DNA of 43,345 nucleotides, taken from Frankiales bacterium (GTDB lineage: Bacteria; Actinomycetota; Actinomycetes; Mycobacteriales; SCTD01). The stretch's first letter is position 1; the number at the start of each line of letters is the position of its first letter. Of the stretch, positions 20,426-29,471 are shown piece after piece. The stretch spans positions 1-43,345 of the forward strand of contig JAYUBO010000198.1 in NCBI GenBank assembly GCA_043740815.1, in the 5' to 3' direction. The translations under genes and the position numbers were made by a program. A model generated the notes under the pieces. That model was not told the origin of the DNA and did not search any database. It worked only from the letters and a program-made list of their open reading frames with translations.

Positions 20426-20950
20426 ATGAAGCAATCGACCGCACTGGCCGTTGCCGTCGTCGTCGTCACGGCAGTGACCGGCTGCGGCGGCTCGACGAAC
20501 ACGACGGCGAAGGTCGCCACCACGCAGACGACCTCGGCCCAGACTCAGACACCAACATCGGAGCAGACATCGACGCCGCTGCCGGCTTCAAGCGCGGGTA
20601 CGACGGGCGCCGCAGCGCTGCTTGCCAAGTGCGAGGCGGCGGGAGTCGAGCTGGGCAAGGCGGCAGCGCTGACCCCGGGCGCCAACTCACTGGACTCGGC
20701 CGGCAAGGTCGCGGAGGCGATGAAGGCGATCGTGAACAGCATCCCCGAGGGCAAGTACCGCGACGCCATGAAGGTGTTCGCCTCCGCATACGAGACGTTC
20801 GTGGCCACTCAGAAGGGGGTCACGGTCACGCCCGGACAGCCGCCTTCAGCGGAGAACCTCAGGGCCCTTCAGAAGCTGTACAGCGACCCCAAGTTCGCCG
20901 CAGCCACCCAGCTGATCGGGAAGTACTTTGCGGGCGGCTGCAAGGGCTGA
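20426..20950 (+). CDS. Hypothetical lipoprotein
   Basis: ORF 20402..20950. ATG 20426 gives MKQSTALAVAVVVVTAVTGCGG (signal peptide with lipobox), then a Thr/Ser-rich linker and a helical-looking domain. Confidence 0.7.
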   Translation: MKQSTALAVAVVVVTAVTGCGGSTNTTAKVATTQTTSAQTQTPTSEQTSTPLPASSAGTTGAAALLAKCEAAGVELGKAAALTPGANSLDSAGKVAEAMKAIVNSIPEGKYRDAMKVFASAYETFVATQKGVTVTPGQPPSAENLRALQKLYSDPKFAAATQLIGKYFAGGCKG

Positions 20951-21026
20951 GCCACTCGGCCCCGGGGCAGGAACTCCACAGGGTGCCATGATCACGATCT
21001 CGGCCACGTCCTCAGGAGGCCTCCGC

Positions 21027-21509
21027 ATGTCGCTCTACGACATCCCGCTCACCACGCTAGAGGGAAGTCCTGCAACCCTCGCCGAACACCAGGGCGAGGT
21101 CCTGCTTGCGGTCAACGTCGCGTCCAAGTGCGGCTTCACCCCGCAGTACGAGGGCTTGGAAAAACTGCATGAGACTTACGCTGACCGCGGCTTCGCGGTC
21201 CTGGGCTTCCCGTGCAACCAGTTCCTGTTCCAGGAGAAGGGCAGCGCGGACGAGATCGCCCAGTTCTGCAGCCTGACGTACGGCGTGACCTTCCCAATGT
21301 TCGAAAAGCTCAACGTCCGCGGCCGCCATCAGCACCCGCTGTACGCCGAGCTCACCAAGGGCACGACCGACGGCACCGGCCGAGGCGTGAGGTGGAACTT
21401 CGAGAAGTTCCTCATCAGCCGCGACGGTGAGGTCATCGCCCACTGGCGCTCCACGACGACGCCGGAGGACCCGGCTGTGATCGGCGCCATCGAAGCCGCC
21501 CTGGGCTGA
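21027..21509 (+). CDS. gpx: Glutathione peroxidase family protein
   Basis: ATG 21027 follows AGGAGG. The segments VNVASKCGFTPQYEGLEKL, LGFPCNQF and WNFEKFLI are the three GPx signature blocks (Cys-type). Confidence 0.9.
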   Translation: MSLYDIPLTTLEGSPATLAEHQGEVLLAVNVASKCGFTPQYEGLEKLHETYADRGFAVLGFPCNQFLFQEKGSADEIAQFCSLTYGVTFPMFEKLNVRGRHQHPLYAELTKGTTDGTGRGVRWNFEKFLISRDGEVIAHWRSTTTPEDPAVIGAIEAALG

Positions 21510-21583
21510 CCTCCCAGGACACGGTGCCCCGCCGTCTCGCTCTTCGGATGCGTGATGAGCCAGGCAGGTCGATACTGAAGATA

Positions 21584-21617
21584 CGGCGCCGCCCGACCCC
21601 CCTAACGGGCGGCGCCG
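21584..21617. terminator. Bidirectional stem-loop between the convergent gpx and sigma-factor genes
   Basis: Perfect 12-bp stem CGGCGCCGCCCG (21584-21595) / CGGGCGGCGCCG (21606-21617) with a 10-nt loop. Outer GATAC/GTATC arms extend it. There is no clear U-tract, which is common in high-GC actinobacteria. Confidence 0.6.
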
Positions 21618-21627
21618 GTCCGTATCG

Positions 21628-22827
21628 CTAGGCCTGCCTCGTCTGGAGTGAGCGCAGCCGATCGACGAGGAATGCTCTTTCCACGGTGTTGTGGGTGAGC
21701 AGCAGCGCCTCCTGGTACGCCGTCGCTGCCTCGCCCTTGCGGCCAAGGCGGCGCAGGAAGTCAGCCCTGGCGGCGGAGAAGTAGCCGTAGGCCGCGAGGG
21801 CCGGCTCGCTACCGAGGGCGTCGAGGGCATCGAGCCCGGCCTCGGGGCCGTCGGCCATACCGGTGGCGACAGCCCGGTTGAGGGCGACGACCGGGCTGGG
21901 CCACTGCCGTTCGAGCAGCCCGTAGAGCGCGACGATCTCGCGCCAGTCGGTCTCCTGCCAGGTGCGGGCGTCGGCGTGCACCGCGGCGATGGCAGCCTGC
22001 AGGGCGTAGCGGCCGGGGGGACCCTGCTGCAGGGCGGACCGGACCTTGGCGACGGCGGCGTCGATGGCGGCGCGGTCCCAACGGGTGCGGTCTTGCTCCT
22101 CGAGCAGCAGCAGCCGACCGAGCTCGTCGGTGCGGGTGGCCCGCCGGGCATCGGTCAGCTCGATGAGTGCCAGCAGTCCCGTCACCTCCGGGGTCGGCAG
22201 CAGGCTGTGCAGCATCCGGGCGAGGTCCAGGGACCGCTCGACCAGGTCGTGACGGGTCAGGCGGTCCCCAACCGGGGCGGTGTGGCCGGTCGTGAACAGC
22301 AGGTGGAGCACGGCCAGCACGCCATCGACGCGCTCCGGCAGCTCCTGTGCGATGGGCACCCGGTAGGGGATCCGGGCCTGGCCGATCTTCTTCTTCGCCC
22401 GGGTGATCCGGGCGGCCATCGTCGGCTCGCTGACCAGGAAGGCGTGCGCCACCTCTGCCGTTGACAGCCCGCACAGCAGTCGCAGCGCCAGCGCCACCTG
22501 GGTCTCGGTCGCGAGAGCAGGGTGGCAGCACGTGAACACCAGCCGGAGCCGGTCGTCGGGGAACGGTCCTTGCGGGTCCTGCTCCTCGACGATCAGCAGC
22601 GGCAGCGCCTTGCCGAGCACCTGCTCCCGGCGCAGCAGGTCCACCGCCCGGTTGCGCGCGACGGTCGTCAGCCAGCCTCCGGGGCTGTTCGGCACCCCGC
22701 CCTGCCAGGTCAGCAGGGCCTTCGCGAACGCGTCCTGCACGCACTCCTGCGCCAGGTCGAGGTCACGTGTGACGCGCACCGTCGCGGCGAGCACGGCAGC
22801 CCACTCGCAACGATGCGCGTCAGCCAA
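21628..22827 (-). CDS. ECF-type RNA polymerase sigma factor with long C-terminal TPR-like extension (COG4941 type)
   Basis: 399 aa. Region 2 is LAQECVQDAFAKAL..W...PGGWLTTVARNRAVDLLRRE. Region 4 is RLRLVFTCCHPALATETQVALALRLLCGLSTAEVAHAFLVSEPTMAARITRAKKKI. It lies downstream of a YCII gene, which is the usual pairing. Confidence 0.85.
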   Translation of the reverse strand: MADAHRCEWAAVLAATVRVTRDLDLAQECVQDAFAKALLTWQGGVPNSPGGWLTTVARNRAVDLLRREQVLGKALPLLIVEEQDPQGPFPDDRLRLVFTCCHPALATETQVALALRLLCGLSTAEVAHAFLVSEPTMAARITRAKKKIGQARIPYRVPIAQELPERVDGVLAVLHLLFTTGHTAPVGDRLTRHDLVERSLDLARMLHSLLPTPEVTGLLALIELTDARRATRTDELGRLLLLEEQDRTRWDRAAIDAAVAKVRSALQQGPPGRYALQAAIAAVHADARTWQETDWREIVALYGLLERQWPSPVVALNRAVATGMADGPEAGLDALDALGSEPALAAYGYFSAARADFLRRLGRKGEAATAYQEALLLTHNTVERAFLVDRLRSLQTRQA

Positions 22828-22874
22828 CGCCTGCTGGACGTCGGTGCGGACGTCGGGACGGGGGCGGTCGTCGC

Positions 22875-23222
22875 TCAGTCGAAGACCCGCACCGGGCGGA
22901 CCTCGAGGGCGCCCCCAGGAGCCGGGATCTGCTTGGCCAGCGCGATCGCGCCGTCGAGATCCTCGGCCTCGACGACGTAGTAGCCGCCGAGCGCCTCCTT
23001 GGTCTCGAGGAAGGGACCGTCGGTGACGGTGAACGTCCCGTCGCCACCGGGGCGGATCGTGGTGGCCGTGTCAGGACCCTGCAGCGCGTTGCCGCCAGCA
23101 ATCTTGTCGCCGGCGGCCTCACCGAAGCTCAGGTGGCCCTTCATGACGTCGTCGACCAGGCCTTGCCCGCCCTCGGTATAGGCCTGAACGCTCTCGTAGA
23201 TCAGCACCAGGTACTGCGACAT
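22875..23222 (-). CDS. YCII-related (DGPF) domain protein
   Basis: ATG 23222 follows GAGGAG. The 115-aa protein reads MSQYLVLIYES...FTVTDGPFLETKEALGGYYVVEAEDLDGAIALAKQIP. The upstream part of ORF 22875..23507 is not protein-like. Confidence 0.85.
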   Translation of the reverse strand: MSQYLVLIYESVQAYTEGGQGLVDDVMKGHLSFGEAAGDKIAGGNALQGPDTATTIRPGGDGTFTVTDGPFLETKEALGGYYVVEAEDLDGAIALAKQIPAPGGALEVRPVRVFD

Positions 23223-23325
23223 GGGCCACTCCTCGGTCCGGGGCTCCGGGGTGGAGCCTCTCACCGGTACGACGAACGGGACAGGCCCAGATCGACAGCC
23301 GGCCACCCCGGCGGCGCGGCGTCGG

Positions 23326-23331
23326 TAGCCT
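23326..23331 (+). promoter_or_regulatory. Candidate -10 hexamer TAGCCT for a leaderless transcript of the CphA-paralog gene
   Basis: TAGCCT (TANNNT) ends 7 nt before ATG 23339, with no SD in between. The identical hexamer sits 6 nt before the GTG of the ddl-like gene at 29472. Confidence 0.3.
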
Positions 23332-23338
23332 CGGCGCC

Positions 23339-24991
23339 ATGCCGCACCGCCCCGAGGATGCCCCCGCGGTGCTACGGGAGCTGCGCCTGCTCGACGGCCC
23401 CAACTTGTACTTCCCGCGGGCTGCCTGCAAGGTGGTCCTCGATCTACACGAGCTGCTCGCCCTGTCCGAGGACGACTTCGGCCGCCGGGCGGCACATTGG
23501 GGCACACCGGTGGCGCGTCCCGGCCCGCCGGGTTCGCAGGTACGGGCCCGGGTCCTCGCGAGGGTCCTGCTGGGCGTCACCCGCTCGCTGGCCCGCACCG
23601 CCGGGGTGGGGCGGCTCGCCGTACGAAGTAGACCGGGGCCCGAGCCGGGGCAGCTGACCGTCGCCTTCCCGTGGCGCAGACGAGGTCTCGCGCAGGCGCT
23701 CGGCGTGGCGTTGGCCCGGACCATGGAAGGCGCGTCCGTCGACTTGGTCGGTGTCGAGCCCGGGCCGATGCCGTCCACGCCACGGCCGCGGATCCCTGTC
23801 GTCGCTGTGACCGGTACCAACGGCAAGACGACCACCACCCGCCTGATCGCGCACATGTCGCGCTGCGCGGGCAACGTCACCGGCTGGGCCTCGACCGACG
23901 GCGTCTTCGTCGATGGCGTTGCCGTCGAGCAGGGCGACTGGAGCGGGTACGGCGGAGCGGGCCGCGTCCTGGCCGACCCCAGCGTGCAGCTGGCGGTCCT
24001 CGAGACGGCCCGCGGTGGCCTGCTGCTTCGGGGGGCCGGCTCGTTGCACAACGACGTCTCGGTCGTGACCAACGTCGGCGCAGATCACCTTGGCCTGCAG
24101 GGAATCCACACGATCGACGACCTCGCCGAGGTGAAGGCCGTCGTACCAGGGATCACGCGGGCGGGGGGCTGGTGCGTCCTCAACGCGCAGGACCCACGGG
24201 TGCTCGCGATGGCTGCCACCTCGAAGGGCCGGCCGTGGGTCTTTTCCCTCGACCCGTCAGCCCCCGGAGTGCGTACGGCGATGGATGCCCATGGGCGGGC
24301 GACGACCGTGATGGACGACTGCGTGACGGTGCTCGGCGAGGGCGGCCTGGTCGACCCGATGCTGGCCCTGGCCGACATCCCGATGACCCTGTCCGGGCTG
24401 TCCCGGCACGACGTCGCGAACGCCCTCGCCGCCGTCGCCGCCGGCCTCGCGATCGGGCTGCCCCGCGGTGCCGTCCTCGAAGGGCTGAGAACCTTCTCCG
24501 CCGAGGACAACCCGGGCCGGATGAACCTGTGGAGCGTCGACGGCTGCGTGCTGTCGCTGGACCTCGCCCACAACGAGGACGGGCTCACCGCTCTGCTGTC
24601 CGTCGTCCGGGGCCTGCGGCTGGACGGTGGCCGGGTCGTCACGGTGCTCGGTGCGGTCGGTGACCGGCTCGATGGTCAGCTGCGGGAGATGGGCCGGCTG
24701 GCCCGGAACGGCTCCGACGAGGTCGTCATCGCCGTCAAGGACAACTACCTGCGGGGACGCACCGTGTCCGAGCTGGTCGGGCTGCTTCGCGAGGGGGCCG
24801 GTGACGTACCCGCCTACGACGACGAGGCGACGGCGTTGCGGGCCGTCCTGCTGGGTCGGCACCCGGCCGACGTCGTGGCACTGCTGTGTCATCAGGATCG
24901 GGCGGGTTGTGAGGACGTCCTTCGGGCCGCCGGGGGTCTCCGGATGTCCGCCGACCAGGTCCACGCCCGCGTCCTTGCTGCCCGCGCCTAA
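23339..24991 (+). CDS. Cyanophycin-synthetase-like protein with N-domain and Mur-ligase (M) domain only; no ATP-grasp domain
   Basis: 550 aa. The N-terminus VLRELRLLDGPNLYFPRAACKVVLDL parallels CphA IVSSRVYRGPNYWSYDPAVHLQVDL. From residue ~150, PRIPVVAVTGTNGKTTTTRLIAHM...LETARGGLLLRG...NVGADHLGL aligns by eye at roughly half identity with residues ~490 onward of the adjacent CphA (SRIPIVAITGTNGKTTTSRMVSHI...FEVARGGLLREG...NVSPDHLGL). Confidence 0.8.
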   Translation: MPHRPEDAPAVLRELRLLDGPNLYFPRAACKVVLDLHELLALSEDDFGRRAAHWGTPVARPGPPGSQVRARVLARVLLGVTRSLARTAGVGRLAVRSRPGPEPGQLTVAFPWRRRGLAQALGVALARTMEGASVDLVGVEPGPMPSTPRPRIPVVAVTGTNGKTTTTRLIAHMSRCAGNVTGWASTDGVFVDGVAVEQGDWSGYGGAGRVLADPSVQLAVLETARGGLLLRGAGSLHNDVSVVTNVGADHLGLQGIHTIDDLAEVKAVVPGITRAGGWCVLNAQDPRVLAMAATSKGRPWVFSLDPSAPGVRTAMDAHGRATTVMDDCVTVLGEGGLVDPMLALADIPMTLSGLSRHDVANALAAVAAGLAIGLPRGAVLEGLRTFSAEDNPGRMNLWSVDGCVLSLDLAHNEDGLTALLSVVRGLRLDGGRVVTVLGAVGDRLDGQLREMGRLARNGSDEVVIAVKDNYLRGRTVSELVGLLREGAGDVPAYDDEATALRAVLLGRHPADVVALLCHQDRAGCEDVLRAAGGLRMSADQVHARVLAARA

Positions 24992-25052
24992 GCCCCTTAC
25001 GTCCTAGGAAAGGCCCCCTTAGGTCAGCATGGAGGCTAGGACGCAGCGGGGG

Positions 25053-27797
25053 TCAGAGGTCGGGGTCGCCGGTGGAGGTGTCAGCGCGGGCACCCGCCTG
25101 GGCTCGTTGGGAGCGTTCCTGGATTTCCGACCAGACGGCGGTGTGGCTGTCGACGCACAGGACGACGAGGTCGCCGGTGCCGGCCAGGTCAAGGGCGCGG
25201 CGGGTGGCCTGCATCTCGTCGTGGACCTGTTCGACGACACCGCAGCGCGCCCCGTCTGCCATGGCGGCACGGGCACCGTCCTCGATGAGCGCCGCGACCT
25301 GACCACTGGGCCGCCCCCGCAGGCGTTTGTCCTCGCGTACGACGAGCAGGTCGAAGTGCCGCGCGGCGACCTCGCCGAGCTCGCGCATGTCCTCATCACG
25401 CCGGTCGCCAGCGGTGGCGATGACGCCGATCCGGCGGTGCCGCAGCAAGTCGTCGGTGGGCTGGTCGCTGAGCTTGTCGACGAAGTCGCCGAGCAGTCGC
25501 ATACCGGCCGCGTTGTGGCAGTAGTCGACGACGACGGTGATCCCGTCGATCTCGGTCACGTTGAGGCGGCCGGGCGCGAGGTAGTAGGACGTGGTGAACG
25601 TCCGCAGCCCCTGCCGGATGTCGTGCAGTGGAGCGCCCGCAGCGAAGGCGGCGCCAGCTGCGGCCATCGCGTTCTGGACGTTCATGATCGCCTTGCCGCC
25701 GAAAGTGGCGGGCAGCAGGTGCGTCCAGGCGAGCTGCATGGACCGTCGGCCGTGCCGGATCAAGATCATGTCGCCCAGGTCGCCGCGCTCGAGTACGACG
25801 GCCCGGCCGCCACGGCGGCAGTGGTCGTCGACCCTCTTCCAGACCGGCGTACCGGGCTGCGACATCGTGAACCACACGACCTGGCCGCTGCAGGAGCGGG
25901 ACATCTTGGCGACCAGCGGGTCGTCGGCGTTGAGGACCGCGAAGCCGTCGCGGGGTACCGCCTCGACGATGACCTGCTTCACCGTGGCCAGCTGCTCGAT
26001 GGTGTCGATGCCACCGAGCCCGAGGTGGTCGGGGGAGACGTTCAGGACGACCGCGACGTCGTTGCGCTCGTAGCCCAGGCCTTCGCGCAGTAGGCCTCCG
26101 CGGGCGACCTCGAAGACGGCGAAGTCGACGCGCGGGTTCTGCAGCACCATCCGGGCGCTCTTGGGGCCGGACGCGTCAGCCCGGATGACCAGGCGCTCGT
26201 CGATGACGATGCCGTCGGTCGAGGTCATCCCGACCTTGCGGCCCAGGCCTTTGAAGATGTGCGACACCATTCGCGACGTCGTCGTCTTGCCGTTGGTGCC
26301 GGTGATCGCGACGATGGGGATGCGGGAGGGGGTACCGGGCGGGAACAGCAGGTCGATGACGGGCTTCGCGACGTACTGCGGCTCGCCGACCGTCGGGTTG
26401 GTGTGCATCCGGAAGCCCGGGGCGGCGTTGACCTCGACGATGCCGCCGCCAACCTCACGGACCGGGTCGGAGATGTCGACGGCCATGAAGTCGATGCCGG
26501 CGACGTCGAGGCCGACGACGCGGGCCGCCTCCTCGGCGATCTCGACGTTGTCCGGATGGGCTTCGAGGGTCCGGTCGATCGAGATGCCGCCGGTCGACAT
26601 GTTGGCAGTCAGCGTGAGCTTTACCATGACGCCCCGGTCAGGGACGGCGGACCGGGTCAGGCCCTGCGCGCCAAGCAGCTCGTCGGCCGCCTCGTCGAGG
26701 GCGATCCTGGTGAGGACCTTCTCGTGGCCGACGCCCCGGCGGGGGTCGGCGTTCGTGACCTCGACCAGCTCGGCGACGGTCTGGACGCCGTCGCCGATGA
26801 CGTGGGCCGGCACCCGCTCGGCGACGGCGACCATCCGGCCGCCGACAACCAGGAACCGGTAGTCGCTGCCCACCAGGTAGGTCTCGACGATGACCCAGCC
26901 GCGGCGGGACTCGCTTTTGGCGACGTCGAAGGCTTTCGCGACCGCTGCGTCGTCACGCAGGTCGAGCCCGACCCCGCGCCCGTGGTTGCCGTCGGCCGGC
27001 TTCAGCACGACCGGGAAGCCGATCCGATGGGCGACCTCCAACGCGTCGTCGAGTGTCCGGACGGCCTTGGACTGCGGCACCGGCAGCCCAGCCGAGGACA
27101 GCAGCTGCAGGGTCATCTCCTTGTCGCTCGCGATGTCGACCGCAAGCGAGCCCGTCTGGGAGGTCATGGTGGCCCGGATCCGTTTTGCGTGGACCCCCTG
27201 CCCGAGCTGCACGAGCGACGCGGTGTTGAGTCGCATCCACGGGATGTCTCGGGACACGGCCTCATCGACCAGCGACTGGGTCGACGGCCCGAAGGCGGCC
27301 TTCTGGGCGAGCAGCAGCAGCCGCTCGATCTCGCCGCCGGGGTCGAGGTTGGGCTCGGCCTGCACGAGGTGATTCACCAGCCGGACGGCGAGCTTGCCGG
27401 CCGCGACCCCGACGGTCTCATCGGAATAGGCGTAGATCACGTCGTACACCCCGGGTCGGCCGGCGGTGCCCCGGGTCTTGCCACGCGACACGTCGGCGCC
27501 GGTGAGCTTTTGCAGCTCCAGGGCGACGTGCTCCGCGACGTGCCCGAGCCAGGTGCCCTCGTCAAGGCGCTCGGCAAAGCCACCGGCCTTGCGTCGTGAG
27601 CAGGAGTGCTCGCCGACGCCGGGAAGCAGTGCGAGCAGCGCCTCGGTGAAGCCCGGGATCAGGTCGGTCGGGAACTGCTCGAGACCCCCCAGGTCGACCT
27701 GCAGGTGTACCGCCGGGTCATACGACCAGTAGTTCGGTCCGCGGTAGACGCGGCTCGACACGATCGTCAGGTCGGGCGACGGCAGGGAGGTGGTCAT
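25053..27797 (-). CDS. cphA: Cyanophycin synthetase (N, ATP-grasp G and Mur-ligase M domains)
   Basis: 914 aa. N-domain: RVYRGPNYWSY, GEHSCS, GTWLGHVAEHVALELQ. ATP-grasp region: FPVVLKPADGNHGRGV, VNAAPGFRMH. M-domain: ITGTNGKTTT, DHLGLGGI. The start overlaps the cphB stop (ATGA). Confidence 0.93.
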   Translation of the reverse strand: MTTSLPSPDLTIVSSRVYRGPNYWSYDPAVHLQVDLGGLEQFPTDLIPGFTEALLALLPGVGEHSCSRRKAGGFAERLDEGTWLGHVAEHVALELQKLTGADVSRGKTRGTAGRPGVYDVIYAYSDETVGVAAGKLAVRLVNHLVQAEPNLDPGGEIERLLLLAQKAAFGPSTQSLVDEAVSRDIPWMRLNTASLVQLGQGVHAKRIRATMTSQTGSLAVDIASDKEMTLQLLSSAGLPVPQSKAVRTLDDALEVAHRIGFPVVLKPADGNHGRGVGLDLRDDAAVAKAFDVAKSESRRGWVIVETYLVGSDYRFLVVGGRMVAVAERVPAHVIGDGVQTVAELVEVTNADPRRGVGHEKVLTRIALDEAADELLGAQGLTRSAVPDRGVMVKLTLTANMSTGGISIDRTLEAHPDNVEIAEEAARVVGLDVAGIDFMAVDISDPVREVGGGIVEVNAAPGFRMHTNPTVGEPQYVAKPVIDLLFPPGTPSRIPIVAITGTNGKTTTSRMVSHIFKGLGRKVGMTSTDGIVIDERLVIRADASGPKSARMVLQNPRVDFAVFEVARGGLLREGLGYERNDVAVVLNVSPDHLGLGGIDTIEQLATVKQVIVEAVPRDGFAVLNADDPLVAKMSRSCSGQVVWFTMSQPGTPVWKRVDDHCRRGGRAVVLERGDLGDMILIRHGRRSMQLAWTHLLPATFGGKAIMNVQNAMAAAGAAFAAGAPLHDIRQGLRTFTTSYYLAPGRLNVTEIDGITVVVDYCHNAAGMRLLGDFVDKLSDQPTDDLLRHRRIGVIATAGDRRDEDMRELGEVAARHFDLLVVREDKRLRGRPSGQVAALIEDGARAAMADGARCGVVEQVHDEMQATRRALDLAGTGDLVVLCVDSHTAVWSEIQERSQRAQAGARADTSTGDPDL

Positions 27798-28714
27798 GAC
27801 GATGCGCCCTCCTGGCTGAGGCGACGGGGGACGTTGCCCACCGCTCCCTCGACGGCGATCAGCCGCTCGACCCTGCTGCGCACATGAGGGGGCTCGCGCA
27901 GGTCGTCGGGACGCCCACCGACACCGGGGAGCAGCAGGCGGGCGGCGAGGTCGAAACGGGCTCCAGCCGGCAGCGAGTGCACCACCATGCCCGACACGAG
28001 GATGGGTGCGCTCCGGGCAGCGGTGTCGATGTTGGACGTGGCGGTCCGGCCGTCGAACAGCGTGACGGCGCCGCGACCGATGACCTCGAGCAGATGCCCC
28101 TGCGTGATGATGGCTGCTGTGTCCTCATCGACGCCCATGCCGAGCAGGTGCGGGGCGTGCGACACCAGGGTCAGCAGCCGGCCATAACGGTTGCGCTGGT
28201 CGAAGTGCTGGTCGATCACCAGCCCGGGCAGCAGGCCCAGCCCGGCCGACATCTGGGCGCCACGCATCTTGGGCGTCGTACCGGGGGGGCCGAAGGCGAC
28301 CATGTGCTCGCTCTGGACCGAGGCGCCGGCAGAGGTGCCACCGACGACCACCCCCCGGATGTGGGCCATCTTGATGGCCGTTCCGAACGTCGTGCCGGCC
28401 AGGACCGCTGACAACGTCGACTGGTTGCCACCGGTCATGAAGATGCCGGTCACGTCGTGCAGCTGGGCGACCTGGTGCGGATCCTCAGCGTCAGCGCGGG
28501 TGCGCGGCCGGGGCGCCACGACGTCGGTGACACCGAGCTTGCCGAAGGCCTCGCGGTAGGCATCGATGATCTCCGCACCGAGCGAAGAGGCGGTCGCGAT
28601 GACCGCGACCTTCGCGCCAGGACCGCCGGCGAGCTTGGCGAAGCGGGCGAGAACCTGACGCGCGCCGGTCTTGTCCTCGGCGCCGCCGATGACCATCAGG
28701 GGGCCGGTCGTCAT
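27794..28714 (-). CDS. cphB: Cyanophycinase (peptidase S51)
   Basis: 306 aa. Contains MVIGGAEDK, FMTGGNQ, GGTSAGAS (nucleophile Ser) and VIDQHF..RNRYGRL. It is translationally coupled to cphA. Confidence 0.9.
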   Translation of the reverse strand: MTTGPLMVIGGAEDKTGARQVLARFAKLAGGPGAKVAVIATASSLGAEIIDAYREAFGKLGVTDVVAPRPRTRADAEDPHQVAQLHDVTGIFMTGGNQSTLSAVLAGTTFGTAIKMAHIRGVVVGGTSAGASVQSEHMVAFGPPGTTPKMRGAQMSAGLGLLPGLVIDQHFDQRNRYGRLLTLVSHAPHLLGMGVDEDTAAIITQGHLLEVIGRGAVTLFDGRTATSNIDTAARSAPILVSGMVVHSLPAGARFDLAARLLLPGVGGRPDDLREPPHVRSRVERLIAVEGAVGNVPRRLSQEGASS

Positions 28715-28795
28715 CGGACCACGCTACCGACCGGTCAGCGGCGGCCGTCCGCAGCCCGAGCCAGGCGGCCCTCGCAGCTCCTGCAGGGCGACAGG

Positions 28796-29281
28796 TCAGG
28801 GGCCGGGCGGCGGGTATCCGGGTGCGGGCGGGTTGGCGGCCGGCTTGGACGGCAGTTGCTCACCGGAGCGCTTGAAGTTCAGGAAGGCGAAGTAGGTCAT
28901 CGCTGCGGAGATCACGATGCCGAGGTAGAAACCGAAGGCAGGGTGCAGGTGGTTGCTGAACCCGGCGACGAACTGCAGCAGCAAGATGACAGTCGCGAGC
29001 CCGGTGGCGGCGAGCGTGATGAGGTTGACCCCAGCGGGGAGCTTGACGCTGTCGAGGGCGCCCATGAGCCTTGCCACGACGATCCCACCGGCGACGAGGG
29101 AAAGCAGGATCGCCAGCTTCGGCCAGCCGTAGGACCCGTTGCCCCAGGCGTTGACGCTCACGCTGAAGCCGCTCGCGCTGAAGGCCCGCCAGGAGAAGAA
29201 GCTGACGAGCAGCAGCAGGACGGCCCCACCGGCGATGTACCGGTCGTTGCCCTGCACCTTGTTGATGTCGAACTCGGCCAT
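28796..29281 (-). CDS. Hypothetical integral membrane protein with Pro-rich C-terminus
   Basis: 161 aa with four hydrophobic segments and the tail PSKPAANPPAPGYPPPGP. It lies 81 nt upstream of cphB on the same strand. Confidence 0.65.
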   Translation of the reverse strand: MAEFDINKVQGNDRYIAGGAVLLLLVSFFSWRAFSASGFSVSVNAWGNGSYGWPKLAILLSLVAGGIVVARLMGALDSVKLPAGVNLITLAATGLATVILLLQFVAGFSNHLHPAFGFYLGIVISAAMTYFAFLNFKRSGEQLPSKPAANPPAPGYPPPGP

Positions 29282-29459
29282 GTGTGAACCCCCAGGAAAT
29301 AGCCCTTGCCTTCAACCTAGACCGGCCGTGGAGGCACGGAAAGCCCCTGTCAGGTGTCCGACATCGCGGCTGTCAGCCGCCGGGCCCGCGCATGTGCAGG
29401 TCGGTGAAGGCGCCCCTGCTCATGCGTCTCAGGTGCTCGTCGCTGCGGGTGACGCCCAC

Positions 29460-29465
29460 TAGCCT
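29460..29465 (+). promoter_or_regulatory. Candidate -10 hexamer TAGCCT for a leaderless transcript of the ligase cassette
   Basis: TAGCCT ends 6 nt before GTG 29472, with no SD. Confidence 0.3.
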
Positions 29466-29471
29466 GTCGGC

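Noticed and set aside
25000-25043. Inverted repeat CGTCCTAG...CTAGGACG between the convergent CphA-paralog and cphA genes as a bidirectional terminator.
   Set aside because: It has only an 8-bp stem with a 28-nt loop and no U-tract, so it is too weak to annotate with confidence.
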